Part shown: in pieces, positions 18,012 to 28,422 of the stretch | How positions within the stretch are numbered: the first letter of the stretch is position 1 | Layout of the letters: every line of letters begins with the position of its first letter | Assembly: GCA_964413375.1 (NCBI GenBank) | Contig: CAYPSI010000113.1 | Location: 4,664 to 68,663, forward strand | Reading direction: 5' to 3' | Origin: an uncultured Spirochaetales bacterium | Lineage (GTDB): Bacteria > Myxococcota_A > UBA9160 > SMWR01 | Length of the DNA: 64,000 nt | The notes under the pieces: model-generated | What the model was told of the DNA's origin: nothing | Databases searched by the model: none | What the model saw: only the letters and a program-made list of their open reading frames with translations | Made by a program: the position numbers and the translations under genes

Positions 18012-18899
18012 GTGCAACGCTCCGCGGCCCCCTTTGCACGCGGCGTTCTCTCCCTGGTGGCAGCGCTGGGGACGGCGTGTGCGAGCGAGCCGGACCCGAC
18101 GGCGGAATCGCTTCAGCCCGTCCGCGTTCGCATCGGAGCGATCGGACCTGCCGCGATCGATACGGCGAGCAGGGCAGACGCTTCGCTTAGGGAGCGCATC
18201 GAGCAGCTCGTGGACCTGTTCTGGCAAAGGGGTTGCGGGGGCGGCGATTTGAGCCGGCCACGCATGCAGGACACACTCTATCCGGACGTGGTATGCAGGC
18301 TTCCCGGCCGCATGGCCGACACCGTCGTGGTGGCTGCGTACGTCGATCCGCGGTCGGAGCGAGGCGAAGATTCGACGGGGCTGGCTCTCCTGCCCTACCT
18401 GTATGCCGCCTTGAGCGTCGAACGTCGTGAACACTCCTTCGCGTTCGTCGGTCTTGCGCGGCGATCGCGGGTTGGCCTACGCGAGGACACGAAGCGTCTC
18501 GAGGAGTCTCGGCGCGATCAGGTCCGAGCCATCGTGGATCTCCATCGACTGCGTGAGGGCTCGTCGTCGATCCTGTTCGATTCATCCGACCCGAGGCTGC
18601 ACCGCGACCTCTCCGCAGTCGGCCTCGCCAGCGGCCAGCCCGGCGAGTCGCTTCGCCTGATCGCGCTTCCCGGCGCGAAGGGGTGGTTCCCGCAGCGCGG
18701 CAGGATCCCGATGATTAGAATGGCGTCACCGCACCCGGCGCAAGCCGTGGCGGAGACCGCGGCGAGCGGCGCTGGCGTCGCGGGCGATCGCGAGACGTTT
18801 CGCTCCGCGGCGCGCACGCTCGCCATCTTCCTCGCCTACCTGGACGAGACGCTCCGCCTGCCCGGCGAGCCCCCCGCGCTGAAGCCCGGTGACCCGTAG
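18012..18899 (+). CDS. Secreted hypothetical protein; degenerate M28-peptidase-like paralogue
   Basis: I prefer the GTG at 18012, which gives a signal-like GVLSLVAALGTACAS. VVVAAYVDPRSERGEDSTGLALLPYLYAAL and FAFVGLARRS align with the M28 motifs of the next gene, but the metal and catalytic residues are replaced. The start is uncertain. Confidence 0.45.
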   Translation: MQRSAAPFARGVLSLVAALGTACASEPDPTAESLQPVRVRIGAIGPAAIDTASRADASLRERIEQLVDLFWQRGCGGGDLSRPRMQDTLYPDVVCRLPGRMADTVVVAAYVDPRSERGEDSTGLALLPYLYAALSVERREHSFAFVGLARRSRVGLREDTKRLEESRRDQVRAIVDLHRLREGSSSILFDSSDPRLHRDLSAVGLASGQPGESLRLIALPGAKGWFPQRGRIPMIRMASPHPAQAVAETAASGAGVAGDRETFRSAARTLAIFLAYLDETLRLPGEPPALKPGDP

Positions 18900-18918
18900 G
18901 GATGGGCGAGCTGGACGG

Positions 18919-19002
18919 GGAGCGCTTCGCGAGCGACCACGCGACGCTCGACGCGGTGATTCCGCCGCCGACGATCACCACCGCGCCGCGCGAGACGCAC
19001 AC
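18919..19002 (-). pseudogene. Relic of the N-terminus of an FAD-dependent oxidoreductase
   Basis: The translation GAVVIVGGGITASSVAWSLAKRS is the GxGxxG dinucleotide-binding opening of DAO/glycine-oxidase-type flavoproteins. Similarity ends after about 28 aa, where it meets the neighbouring gene. Confidence 0.3.
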
Positions 19003-19039
19003 AGCGTAGCCGAGCAGCGGTCGCTACGATCGCGACCCC

Positions 19040-20878
19040 ATGGCGGCGACACTCAGGGGCCGAACGCCTGCTCTCGCAGCCATCGCGGCCGCGATTGCGG
19101 GCTGTGCAGCATGGCCGTGGTCGGAGCGACCGCTGCCGCCGGCGCCGGCGATGGATGCGGCACGCATCGAGGCCGACGTGCGCTGGCTCGCGGACGACGC
19201 CCGCGAGGGGCGGGGAGCCGAGACGCAGGGGCTCGAGGACGCGGCCGAGTGGCTCGCCCAGGCCTTCCGCAGCGCCGGCCTCGACCCGGGCGGCGACGAC
19301 GGCGGCTATCTCCAGCGCTTCGAAATGCCGGTCTCGCTCCGCGTGGCGCGCGAAGCCCTGCGCGCGGGGTCCGAGAACTTCGCCGCCGGGAGAGACTTCG
19401 CGGCGCTGCTGTCGAGCGGAGACGGGAGCGTGCGCGGGCCGCTCGTGTTCGCCGGCTACGGGATCTCCGCGCCCGAGCAGGGCTACGACGACTGGGCGAG
19501 CACCCCGATCGAGGGAGCCGTCGTGCTCGTCCTCGAAGACCGCCCCGGTGGGGACGCGAGCCCTTTCACCGGCGTGCAAGCCGATGCCTTCCTGTCGCGT
19601 GCGCACAAGATCTCGAACGCGCGCGACCGGGGCGCGCGAGCGGTGCTGCTCGCACCCTCGACCCGCGACGGGGAGCACGCGGATGTTGACGAGGCCGGCC
19701 CGCCCTCCGCGAACCCGAGCCAGCGCTCGAGCGGGATCCCGGTCCTCTCGCTGTCGCGCGCCGCCGCCGAGCGCCTCGTCGCCCTTGCCGGCGGGACGAC
19801 GCTCGGCGAGCGACAGCGGCGGATCGACGCAGCGCTGGAGCCGGCGTCGGAGCTCCTGCCGGGTGTCGAGGTCGACCTCGAGGTGCAGATGGAGCGCCGG
19901 ATGGGGAGTGCGGCAAACGTGGTCGGGATCCTCGCGGGATCGGACCCACGGCTGCGGCGCGAGGCGATCGTGGTGGGCGCCCACTACGACCATCTCGGTC
20001 GCGGAGAGTTTGGATCACTCGCGCCGGAGCAGCGCGGCGAGATCCACAACGGTGCCGACGACAACGCCTCCGGCACGGCCGGAGTGCTCGAGCTCGCGCG
20101 CGCCTTCTCGAAGGGCCCACGCCCACGCCGCAGCCTGGTCTTCGCGGCCTTCGCCGGAGAGGAGATCGGACTCTTCGGCTCGCGCGCCTACGTCGAGGCG
20201 CCGGCGCTTCCACTCTCCGACACCGTGGCGATGCTGAACCTCGACATGGTAGGTCGCCTCCGCGACGGAGGGCTCTCCGTCTTCGGCACCGGATCCTCTG
20301 CGGGCTTTCCGAGCCTGGTGGGGCGGGCGCTGCGAGGCCTCTCCCTCGATGCGGCCTTCAGCGAGGACGGCTTCGCGCCCTCCGACCAGACGAGCTTCTA
20401 CGCGCGCGGGGTCCCGGTGCTGATGTTCTTCACGGGCGCGCATCCGCAGTACCACACGCCCGAGGACGACGCGCCGAGGATCGACGCCGCGGGCGAAGCG
20501 CGCGTGCTCGAGGCCGTCTATCGCGTCGCGCGGGAGCTCCTCGACGCCGACTCGAGACCCGAGCTGGTGGCGGCCGTGGCTCCGGCGGCCTCGCGCGGAG
20601 GCGGCGGCTACGGACCCTACCTCGGCACGGTGCCGTCCTTCGGCGAGGCGGAGCTCCCGGGCGTTCTCCTCCAGGGCGTGGCGCCGGGAAGCCCGGCGGA
20701 GAAGGCCGGGATCCGCGCCGGGGACAGGATCGTGAGCTTCGACGACGCCTCGGTCGCAAATCTCGAGGAGTACGCGGCACGCCTCTATTCCGCACGCCCC
20801 GGTCAACAGGTGCGGATCGGGCTGCTGCGCGGCGGTCAGCGCGTCGAGGTCGTGACGACGCTCGGTCGGCGCCGGTGA
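19040..20878 (+). CDS. M28-family metallopeptidase lipoprotein with PA domain and C-terminal PDZ domain
   Basis: Lipobox AIAGC. M28 motifs: GAHYDHLG, NGADDNASGTAGVLELARAF, FAAFAGEEIGLFGSRAYV, LNLDMVG. PDZ: GVAPGSPAEKAGIRAGDRIVSFDD. Confidence 0.9.
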   Translation: MAATLRGRTPALAAIAAAIAGCAAWPWSERPLPPAPAMDAARIEADVRWLADDAREGRGAETQGLEDAAEWLAQAFRSAGLDPGGDDGGYLQRFEMPVSLRVAREALRAGSENFAAGRDFAALLSSGDGSVRGPLVFAGYGISAPEQGYDDWASTPIEGAVVLVLEDRPGGDASPFTGVQADAFLSRAHKISNARDRGARAVLLAPSTRDGEHADVDEAGPPSANPSQRSSGIPVLSLSRAAAERLVALAGGTTLGERQRRIDAALEPASELLPGVEVDLEVQMERRMGSAANVVGILAGSDPRLRREAIVVGAHYDHLGRGEFGSLAPEQRGEIHNGADDNASGTAGVLELARAFSKGPRPRRSLVFAAFAGEEIGLFGSRAYVEAPALPLSDTVAMLNLDMVGRLRDGGLSVFGTGSSAGFPSLVGRALRGLSLDAAFSEDGFAPSDQTSFYARGVPVLMFFTGAHPQYHTPEDDAPRIDAAGEARVLEAVYRVARELLDADSRPELVAAVAPAASRGGGGYGPYLGTVPSFGEAELPGVLLQGVAPGSPAEKAGIRAGDRIVSFDDASVANLEEYAARLYSARPGQQVRIGLLRGGQRVEVVTTLGRRR

Positions 20879-21864
20879 AACTCACGGTCTACGGGGCCGG
20901 GGCCGTGGGCCTCGTCGTGGGAGCGCGCCTCGCGCGCGCCGGGAACGAGGTCGTGTTCCTCGTGCGCAAGCCCGGCGTGGCCGAGCAGATCGAGGCCCGT
21001 GGCGTGCGCTTCGAGGATCCCGCGAAGGGCGACGCGTGGAGCGCGCGTGCCCGCGCGGTGGCCTCTGCGGAGGAGCTCCCCGAGGAGTTCCGCGCGGGAA
21101 CGATCCTCTTCTGCATGCGCGCCTCGCAGACGGCCTCCGCGGCGCAAGCCCTCGCCCCGGTCGCGCCGCGCGCCTGCGTCGCGAGCTTCCAGAACGATCT
21201 CGACAACGAAGCGATCCTGGCCGAGCACTTTCCGGTCGTGATCGGTGCGCCGCTGCGGCAGACCTGCACGCGAACGGCTTCGAACCAGGCACGGGCGATC
21301 GGTGGCGGGCGCGTCGTCCTCGGGCGCCATCCGAGCGGCGGAGGCCCGGAGCTCCTCGCGCTCTCCACCCAGCTGCGCGCGGCGGGCTACGAGGTCGGCA
21401 TCTCGGAGCGCATCGCCGAGGACCGCTGGCTCAAGCTCTGCGTGAACCTGACGAGCGCGCCGAACGCGCTGATTCGCCGTCCCGATCATACGACGCGCGC
21501 CTTCGTCGAGATCAAGGCGCGGCTGCTCGAAGAAGCCCGCGACGCGCTCGCCTCCGCGGGGATCGCGGCGCGCTCCTGCGACGCGCGCGACCGCTCGCTC
21601 GACGAGGAGATCGAGTGGCAACGCGCATCGCTCGCGCGCGGCGAGAGCGCACGCCGCCTGCCGATCTACAACCAGGTATGGGCCGCGCTGCGCCACGGCG
21701 GTCCGCTCGAGGCCGACGCCTATCACCGGCGGATCCTCGAGCTGGCGGCGCGCGCGGGTCTCGCCGCACCGATGAACGCCCGGGTCCTCGAGGTACTGCT
21801 TCGCCAGGCAGGGAGCGAAGCCGGGCCCGAAAGCGTCGAGGCCTCCGAGATCCTGGAGCTCTGA
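20875..21864 (+). CDS. panE: 2-dehydropantoate 2-reductase (ketopantoate reductase family)
   Basis: The GTG start overlaps the upstream stop (GTGA). N-terminal Rossmann MKLTVYGAGAVGLVVGARLARAGNEVVFLVR, with ApbA/PanE length and layout. Confidence 0.8.
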   Translation: MKLTVYGAGAVGLVVGARLARAGNEVVFLVRKPGVAEQIEARGVRFEDPAKGDAWSARARAVASAEELPEEFRAGTILFCMRASQTASAAQALAPVAPRACVASFQNDLDNEAILAEHFPVVIGAPLRQTCTRTASNQARAIGGGRVVLGRHPSGGGPELLALSTQLRAAGYEVGISERIAEDRWLKLCVNLTSAPNALIRRPDHTTRAFVEIKARLLEEARDALASAGIAARSCDARDRSLDEEIEWQRASLARGESARRLPIYNQVWAALRHGGPLEADAYHRRILELAARAGLAAPMNARVLEVLLRQAGSEAGPESVEASEILEL

Positions 21865-21891
21865 GCGGCCCGACATGTGCCCGGCGGCGGC

Positions 21892-23187
21892 CTACGTCCC
21901 GGCGGCGGCGACGCTCTCGTGGACGATGCCGAGCAGGAGCTCGAGGTCCGCGTCGGGGATGTTGAGCGAGGGGGTCACGTACACCACGTTCCCGAGCGGG
22001 CGCAGGTAGCAGCCGCGGCGCCGCGCCTGCGCGAACACGTTCCAGCCGGCTCGCGCGAGGTATCCGGCGTCGCCGTCGAGGTCGAGCGCCCCGATCATCC
22101 CCAGCGAGCGCACCGAGGCAACCCCCGGAAGTCCGGCCATCGCGGCGAAGGCGCGCGCGATCCGCTCCGCCTTCGGCTTCACGCCCTCGAGCACCTGCTC
22201 GTCCTCGAAGACGCGCAGCACCTCGAGCGCGACGGCGGCGCCGAGCGGGTGCCCGCAGAAGGTGTGCCCGTAGTAGAAGGCGCGCTCCGGATCGCCGAGG
22301 AAGCCCTCGAAGACGCGCGGCGTGGTCAGCGTCGCCGCCATCGGAAGGACGCCTGCGGTGAGCCCCTTCGCCGTACACAGGATGTCGGGAGAGACGCCTG
22401 CATGCTCGCAGGCCCACATCGGCCCCGTGCGGCCGTAGCCGGTGAAGACCTCGTCGAAGACGAGCAGCAGATCGTGCCGATCGCAGAGCTCTCGCGCAGC
22501 GCGCAGGTACGCGGGGTCGTAGAAGCGCATGCCGGCCGCGCCCTGCACGATGGGCTCGAGCACCACGGCCGCGATCCCTCGCGCGTGCTGCACGAGCGTC
22601 TGCTCGAGCGCGTCCACGCAACGGTCGAGCGAGCCCGGCTCGAGCGGAGGCGGGAGGTGGTGGCACTCGAGCAGCGCGCCCTCGAAGGGGCGGCGGAAGA
22701 CCTCGACGCCGCCGAGCGCGGTGGCTCCGAGGGTCTCGCCGTGAAAGGCGCCCTCGAGCGCGACGAAGGCGCGGCGCTCCGGGTGACCCTGCTGCGCCCA
22801 GAACTGGAGCGCGAGCTTCATCGCCACCTCGACCGCCGTCGAGCCGTCGTCGCTGAAAAAGACGTGCTCGAGGCCGGCCGGCGCCACCGTGCAGAGCGCC
22901 TCCGCGAGCTCCGCGGCGGGCGCGTGGGCAATGCCCCCGAGCGCCGTGTGGCACAGGCTCCCGGCCTGGCGGCAAAGCGCCGCGACGAGGCGCGGGTGCC
23001 CGTGCCCCAGGCTCGACGACCACCACGACGCGTTTGCGTCGAGGTAGCTGCGCCCATCCACATCGACGAGGCGGGAGCCCTCGGCCCGCTCGATCACGAG
23101 CGGGTCGCCGCGCTCGCGCCACTCCTGCATCTCGGTGTAGGGGTGCCATACGCGTCGGCGATCTAGCTCGACGACTCGCTCGCGCAG
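21892..23187 (-). CDS. bioA: Adenosylmethionine-8-amino-7-oxononanoate aminotransferase
   Basis: DRRRVWHPYTEM, SWWSSSLGHGHP, FFSDDGSTAVEVAMKLALQFW and FDEVFTGYGRTG parallel E. coli BioA. The start is unresolved. No in-frame ATG or GTG lies between the upstream stop (23202) and the conserved WHPYT. A CTG at 23187 or an overlapping GTG upstream is possible. The 601-aa track ORF is over-extended. Confidence 0.85.
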   Translation of the reverse strand: MRERVVELDRRRVWHPYTEMQEWRERGDPLVIERAEGSRLVDVDGRSYLDANASWWSSSLGHGHPRLVAALCRQAGSLCHTALGGIAHAPAAELAEALCTVAPAGLEHVFFSDDGSTAVEVAMKLALQFWAQQGHPERRAFVALEGAFHGETLGATALGGVEVFRRPFEGALLECHHLPPPLEPGSLDRCVDALEQTLVQHARGIAAVVLEPIVQGAAGMRFYDPAYLRAARELCDRHDLLLVFDEVFTGYGRTGPMWACEHAGVSPDILCTAKGLTAGVLPMAATLTTPRVFEGFLGDPERAFYYGHTFCGHPLGAAVALEVLRVFEDEQVLEGVKPKAERIARAFAAMAGLPGVASVRSLGMIGALDLDGDAGYLARAGWNVFAQARRRGCYLRPLGNVVYVTPSLNIPDADLELLLGIVHESVAAAGT

Positions 23188-23201
23188 CCCCCGCGTGCCG
23201 C

Positions 23202-24230
23202 TCAGAGCACGAGCTCCGCCACGAGCCGCAGCGCGTCGACCTGACCCGTGCCGAGCAACATCGTATCGACCGGAGAGTCCTTCCAGGCCTTCACACGCTC
23301 GGTGATCCGCGCGCGGGGACCGACGAGCGCGACCTCGTCGACGAGCGCGTCGGGCACCGCCGCCATCGCCTCGGCCTTCTTCCCGGCGAGGAAGAGATCC
23401 TGGATCTGCGCCGCTTCCGCCGCGTAGCCCAGACGCTTCGCATAGTCGTTGTAGAAGTTCTTCGCACGGGCGCCCATGCCGCCGATGTAGAGCGCGAGCA
23501 TGCCCTTCACGGGCATGCGGCACTTCTCGAGGTCGTCCCCGAGCACGACGCTGACGAAGGGGGCCACGTCGAAGTCGGCCCGACGCCTGCTCCCGCCGGC
23601 CTTGGCGAGGCCGCGCGCGAGCGGGCCCTCGACGACCTCGGCCTTGGCCGGGCTCATCCACACCGGGAAGACGCCGTCGGCGACCTCGCCGGCGCACTCG
23701 AGCCCCGGCTCGCTGATCGCAGCGGTGTAGATCGGGATGTCGGCCCGGCCGTGCAGGATGCTCTTCAGCGGCTTGCCGAGCCCTGTCGCACCCTCACCCG
23801 CGTAGGGAATCTGATAGTGGTAGCCCTTGTGCTCGAGCGGCGCTTCGCGCGCCAGGATCTTGCGCACGATGGTCACGTACTCGCGGGTGCGCGTGAGCGG
23901 CCGACCGTAGGCCACACCGTGCCAGCCCTCGATCACCTGCGGGCCGGAAGGCCCGAGCCCGAGGCGGAAGCGCCCCCCCGAGAGCACGTCGAGCGACATC
24001 GCCGTCATCGCCGTCATCGCGGGCGAGCGCGCCGGCATCTGCATGATCGCGGTCCCGAGCCCGATCCGCGTGGTGCGCGCTGCGATGTAGGAGAGCGGGA
24101 CGATCGCGTCGTTGCCGTAGGCCTCGGCCGTCCACACCGAGTCGTAGCCGAGCTTCTCGGCCTCGAGGATGACTTCCCAGGGGATGGTGAGCTTGGGTCC
24201 GAAATTGCTGGTGACGAGTCCGAGGCGCAT
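23202..24230 (-). CDS. LLM-class (luciferase-like) flavin/F420-dependent oxidoreductase
   Basis: ATG at 24230 ([11 protein letters not shown]...). The TIM-barrel LLM pattern reads [47 protein letters not shown]...[11 protein letters not shown]. Confidence 0.85.
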   Translation of the reverse strand: MRLGLVTSNFGPKLTIPWEVILEAEKLGYDSVWTAEAYGNDAIVPLSYIAARTTRIGLGTAIMQMPARSPAMTAMTAMSLDVLSGGRFRLGLGPSGPQVIEGWHGVAYGRPLTRTREYVTIVRKILAREAPLEHKGYHYQIPYAGEGATGLGKPLKSILHGRADIPIYTAAISEPGLECAGEVADGVFPVWMSPAKAEVVEGPLARGLAKAGGSRRRADFDVAPFVSVVLGDDLEKCRMPVKGMLALYIGGMGARAKNFYNDYAKRLGYAAEAAQIQDLFLAGKKAEAMAAVPDALVDEVALVGPRARITERVKAWKDSPVDTMLLGTGQVDALRLVAELVL

Positions 24231-24265
24231 CGGGGGGCTCCTTTCCGGGGGATTCGTAGGGCTGG

Positions 24266-26797
24266 CTAGCTTACCAGACTCACGTCGAGGGGGAGTTCGA
24301 TGGCGAAGGTCGTGCCCTGCCCCGGCTCCGACTCGACGGCGATCCGGCCGCCGTGGCGCTCGATGATGCCGTGGGAGAGCGAGAGGCCGAGGCCCGTCCC
24401 GACGCCCACCGGCTTCGTGGTGAAGAAGGGGTCGAAGATCCGGCTCCGGATCTCCTCGGGGATCCCGGGCCCGTCGTCCGTGAACTCGAGGCGCACGCCT
24501 TCCGGGATCCTGCGGGTCGTGATGTGGATCGTCCCGCCCCCTTCCATCGCGTCGCACGCGTTCATCAGCAGGTTCAGGAAGACCTGGTTCAACTGGCCGG
24601 CGTAGCAGCGTACGCGCGGCACGTCACCGTAGTGCTTCTCCACGCGGATTCGCGTCGTGAAGCGCGGTTCCATCATCGCGAGGTTGCGGTCGATCTCCTC
24701 GTGGAGGCTCACCTCCTGGATCTCCGCCTGGTCCATGCGCGAGAAGGTCCGCAGGTCCTGCACGATCTTCTTCACGCGCTGCGTGCCCTCGCGGCTGCGC
24801 AGGATCAGCTTCGCGATCGCCTCCCGGATCCGCGTGGTGTCGGCTCCCTGCGTCTGCGCATCCGTGAGCTTCTGCACGTACTCGTCGAGGAGCTGGAGGT
24901 TCGCATGCACGAAGCCGATCGGGTTGTTGAGCTCGTGCGCCACGCCGGCCACGAGCTGGCCGAGCGACTTCATCTTCTCCGCCTGCATCAGCTGACCCTG
25001 GATCTCCCGCAGCTCGTTCGTGCGCTCCTCGACGCGAGCCTCGAGCGTCTCGTTGAGCTTCGCGATCTCGTCGAAGGCCTTGGCGTTCTCGATGGCGATC
25101 GAGCTCTGGTTCGCGAGCGTCCGCAAGAGCAGGCGGTCGTCCCCCGCGAGCCGGTCGCCAGAGAGCTTGCGGCCCACGGCGATCACGCCGAGGAGGTCGA
25201 CGCCGTAGAGGATCGGGACGAGCAGCTCGACCTCGAGCGTGTCGTACACGTCCCGACAGGCCTCGCGGCTCTCGAGATCGTGTTCGTCGTCGAAGTCGGA
25301 GCGCGTCAGGTCCTCGCGCCGCATCCACAGCTGCTTCCAGATCGGGTGGTCCGAGGAGATCTCGAGCGCTAGCGCGGCATCGTCCCACTCGCCGCGCGAC
25401 GCGATCGGGCGCAGCATGCGCTCCTCGTCCTCCACCAGCAGCACGATCGCCCGCTCGACGCCCATCGTATCGGTGAGCGCCACGAGGATGCGGTCCGCGA
25501 TCTCGCCCAACGAGAGCATCGAGACCATCGCCTCGGAGATCTCGCGCACGGCCACGCGGTAGGCCGCGCGGTCGCGGTCGAAGAAGCGGTCGGCCAGGCT
25601 CTGCATCCGGTCGCGCACCGGATTGAAGAGGAGGATTGCGATGAAGAGCAGCGCCACCTGCGCCGAGCGCGTACTCACCCCGAAGTCGGACACCAGGCTG
25701 TCCGCGAAGGTGATCAGCAGCGCGAAGGCGCCGGTGATGCTGATCGAGGCGATGCCGTAGGCGGCCGAGGAACGGGCCACGTTGCGCAGGTCGAAGAGCT
25801 GGCGGTAGACGATCCCGTAGCCCACGGCCACCGGGAAGACGAAGGTCCACAACAGCGCCAGGTAGAAGGGGTAGGGCTGCTGCGTCAGCCACTCGACCAG
25901 GAACACCGCGAGCACCGGGACGAAGCTCACGAGGGCTGCCAGCGTGACCACGTCGGCGGCCTCGCGCATCGGACCGTCGCGGTGGCGCCGCCGCTCCACC
26001 GCGAGGATCCCGAGCGAGAGCCACACGAGGGAGGCCATGTAGAAGAAGGCGAGCTCGGAGCAGAGGCCGGACGGAAGCCCCAGGCGACCCTCGGCGAGTG
26101 TCAGCGCCACCAGCAGACCGGCTCCCAGATAGGGAAGCACCTGGATGCGCGGATGGCGGACGACCCAGCCCGGTTGGATCGGATAGGTCGTGAAGAGATG
26201 GAAGGTGGTCGCGCCGATCAGCGGCGCATTGACCAGCAGGTGCAGGGTGGCACCCTGGATGTAGTCCGTGTGGAGCGTGATCGCGAGCTGTACCGCCAGC
26301 GTGCAGCAGAAGAGCAGCAGCGCCCAGGCCCCGGAGCGCTCGGGCCGCAACCAGTAGACGACCGCTCCGGTGCCGAGGTAGATGATCGCGACCACGAGCA
26401 GGAGGCCGTGCACGAGCGAATCGAAGGGGCGGTAGAGCTCCGCGATCGGAACGGGGGGCAGCTCCGCCGTGAAGCGTCTGCCGTCTGGCTTCTCGATCTC
26501 GTAACGGCTCGGCACCCCCGGGTGAAGTTCGGCGTCGGATCCTTGCGCGGTCGGAACGAAGGGCCGCCCGTCGAGCGCAACGACTCGGTCGCCGATCGCG
26601 ATCCCGGCCGCCGCGGCCGACGGATGCACCGCGTGGACGACGGCGAGCCTTCCGAGCCTCGCAGCGTCGAAGGGGTGGTCCACCCCCATTTCCGGCGGAC
26701 CCAGCGCACCGACCGACGGCAGGATCGCGGACAAGGCCCATGCGATCGCGAGGAACGCGGTCGCGCGACGCATCGGATGGGAGGAGGTCGGGCTCAT
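24266..26797 (-). CDS. Sensor histidine kinase: PDZ-like periplasmic domain, multi-TM region, GAF, HisKA, HATPase_c
   Basis: PDZ-like [19 protein letters not shown], then about 7 hydrophobic helices and a GAF-like segment. H-box [16 protein letters not shown] boxes: [30 protein letters not shown] at 26797 (GGAG upstream); the alternative is 26773. Confidence 0.85.
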   Translation of the reverse strand: MSPTSSHPMRRATAFLAIAWALSAILPSVGALGPPEMGVDHPFDAARLGRLAVVHAVHPSAAAAGIAIGDRVVALDGRPFVPTAQGSDAELHPGVPSRYEIEKPDGRRFTAELPPVPIAELYRPFDSLVHGLLLVVAIIYLGTGAVVYWLRPERSGAWALLLFCCTLAVQLAITLHTDYIQGATLHLLVNAPLIGATTFHLFTTYPIQPGWVVRHPRIQVLPYLGAGLLVALTLAEGRLGLPSGLCSELAFFYMASLVWLSLGILAVERRRHRDGPMREAADVVTLAALVSFVPVLAVFLVEWLTQQPYPFYLALLWTFVFPVAVGYGIVYRQLFDLRNVARSSAAYGIASISITGAFALLITFADSLVSDFGVSTRSAQVALLFIAILLFNPVRDRMQSLADRFFDRDRAAYRVAVREISEAMVSMLSLGEIADRILVALTDTMGVERAIVLLVEDEERMLRPIASRGEWDDAALALEISSDHPIWKQLWMRREDLTRSDFDDEHDLESREACRDVYDTLEVELLVPILYGVDLLGVIAVGRKLSGDRLAGDDRLLLRTLANQSSIAIENAKAFDEIAKLNETLEARVEERTNELREIQGQLMQAEKMKSLGQLVAGVAHELNNPIGFVHANLQLLDEYVQKLTDAQTQGADTTRIREAIAKLILRSREGTQRVKKIVQDLRTFSRMDQAEIQEVSLHEEIDRNLAMMEPRFTTRIRVEKHYGDVPRVRCYAGQLNQVFLNLLMNACDAMEGGGTIHITTRRIPEGVRLEFTDDGPGIPEEIRSRIFDPFFTTKPVGVGTGLGLSLSHGIIERHGGRIAVESEPGQGTTFAIELPLDVSLVS

Positions 26798-26909
26798 CGA
26801 GCTCCGGGCACCCCCGCGCATGCTAGCCCGCATCGCCAGCGGGAGCCCGAAGGAGCCGCGGGGTCGGGGTCGCCGCCGCAGCAGCCGCGTCGGCGCGACC
26901 GGCCGCGAA

Positions 26910-27221
26910 TCAGGGCTGCGGCCGAGGCTCCGGGAGGGGCAGCTCCCGCAAGGGATCCGGATCCGCGCCGTACCCGTAGCCGCGGTTGTCGAGAGCCTCC
27001 ACCCGCGCCGTGCCCGGGGCCCGCTCGGCCTCGCGACGCCGCAGGCTCTCGATCACCGCGGCCATGGCTGCGCCGTCGCCGCCAGCGTCCGACGCCTGGC
27101 AGGCCGGCGCGGGGGGCGGCGAGGCCGAAGCAGCTGGCTTCTCGGCGGCTCCGCCCAGCAGGCACACCGCCGCGGCGATCACCCCTGCGCCCCAGACACG
27201 CCTGACCGCTCCCGGTTTCAT
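26910..27221 (-). CDS. Small secreted hypothetical protein
   Basis: ATG at 27221. Signal-like MKPGAVRRVWGAGVIAAAVCLLGGAA, followed by a Pro/Ala-rich stretch. It lies directly upstream of the kinase on the same strand. No family recognised. Confidence 0.4.
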   Translation of the reverse strand: MKPGAVRRVWGAGVIAAAVCLLGGAAEKPAASASPPPAPACQASDAGGDGAAMAAVIESLRRREAERAPGTARVEALDNRGYGYGADPDPLRELPLPEPRPQP

Positions 27222-27348
27222 CGCATCCCCCGTGATACCCTGCGCCTTTCTCCATCGACGCGGCGACGCGCCGTCTTGACCGGGCGGATCCGTCGCCTGC
27301 GCGAGCGCTGCCGGCCGGCTGCGCGCCGGCGGGTCCGACGGAGGGCGC

Positions 27349-28422
27349 GTGCAGATCGTCACCTTCGAGCGTCGCGACGACAACGCGGATCCGGCGGGCC
27401 GGCGCGAGCACTCGATGAGCGACGAAATGGCCGGCTTCGAGGGGCTCGAAGCGGTGGCCGTTGGAGCGCGCCGCCTCGGCTCGATCCTTCCGACCGGCGC
27501 GCACGCCGGCGCGGTGGTCGACCTGAACCGGGCCCTCGCGATCAAGCTCGCGGACGAAGATTCGGGGGCACCGGAGGCCGAGGCCGATTCGCTGCTCCCG
27601 ACCGAGATGATCGCGTTCCTGCGCCGCCTGCCGGGCTCGCTCGCCGCGGCGCGCAACGCACTCGATTTCGCGCTCGACGCCCTCTCGCGCTACGACGCGC
27701 CGGACCTGCTGCGCGCCGGCGTCGTCGCGCCGCGCTCGGGCGTGCGCCTGTGCGCCCCCGTGCCGCGCCCCGGGAAGATCGTCGGCGTCGCGCGCAACTA
27801 TCCCTCGCATGCGGCGGAGCGGGGGTCCACCACCACCCCGGAGAATCCGGTGCTCTTCCTGAAGGCGCCCTCGGCGGTGATCGGACCGGAGGACGAGATC
27901 CTGCTTCCCTCCTGCTCCGAACGGGTCGACTTCGAGGGCGAGCTCGCCGCGGTGATCGGCACTCGCGCGCGCGAGGTCTCCCCGAGCTCCGCCCTCGCCT
28001 GCGTCTTCGGCTACTGCGTGGCCAACGACGTCACCGCGCGCGACATCCAGGACAAGCGCGGCCAGCGATCGATCGCCAAGTCCTGCGACAGCTTCGCTCC
28101 GCTCGGCCCGGTGCTCGTCACCGCCGACGAGGTGCCGGACCCGCAGGACCTCGCGATCCGCACCGTCCTCTCCGGGGAGGTCGTGCAGAGTGCGCGGACC
28201 AAGGAGATGCTCTTCGGCGTGGCGCGTCTCGTCTCCTTCGCGTCGCACCTGATGACGCTCGAGCCCGGCGACGTGATCCTCACCGGAACGCCGGCCGGCG
28301 TCGGCGCCGCGCGCACGCCGCCGCGCTGGCTCCGCGACGGAGACATCGTCGAGGTGGCGATCGAGCGCGTCGGCCGTCTGCGCAGCTACGTACGCGGATC
28401 GGGCGTTCAGAGCGGCGTGTAA
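27349..28422 (+). CDS. Fumarylacetoacetate hydrolase (FAH) family protein
   Basis: GTG start with GGAGGG upstream. FAH core: GKIVGVARNYPSHAAE...VDFEGELAAVIG...NDVTARDIQ...KSCDSFAPLGP...GDVILTGTPAGVG. Confidence 0.85.
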   Translation: MQIVTFERRDDNADPAGRREHSMSDEMAGFEGLEAVAVGARRLGSILPTGAHAGAVVDLNRALAIKLADEDSGAPEAEADSLLPTEMIAFLRRLPGSLAAARNALDFALDALSRYDAPDLLRAGVVAPRSGVRLCAPVPRPGKIVGVARNYPSHAAERGSTTTPENPVLFLKAPSAVIGPEDEILLPSCSERVDFEGELAAVIGTRAREVSPSSALACVFGYCVANDVTARDIQDKRGQRSIAKSCDSFAPLGPVLVTADEVPDPQDLAIRTVLSGEVVQSARTKEMLFGVARLVSFASHLMTLEPGDVILTGTPAGVGAARTPPRWLRDGDIVEVAIERVGRLRSYVRGSGVQSGV

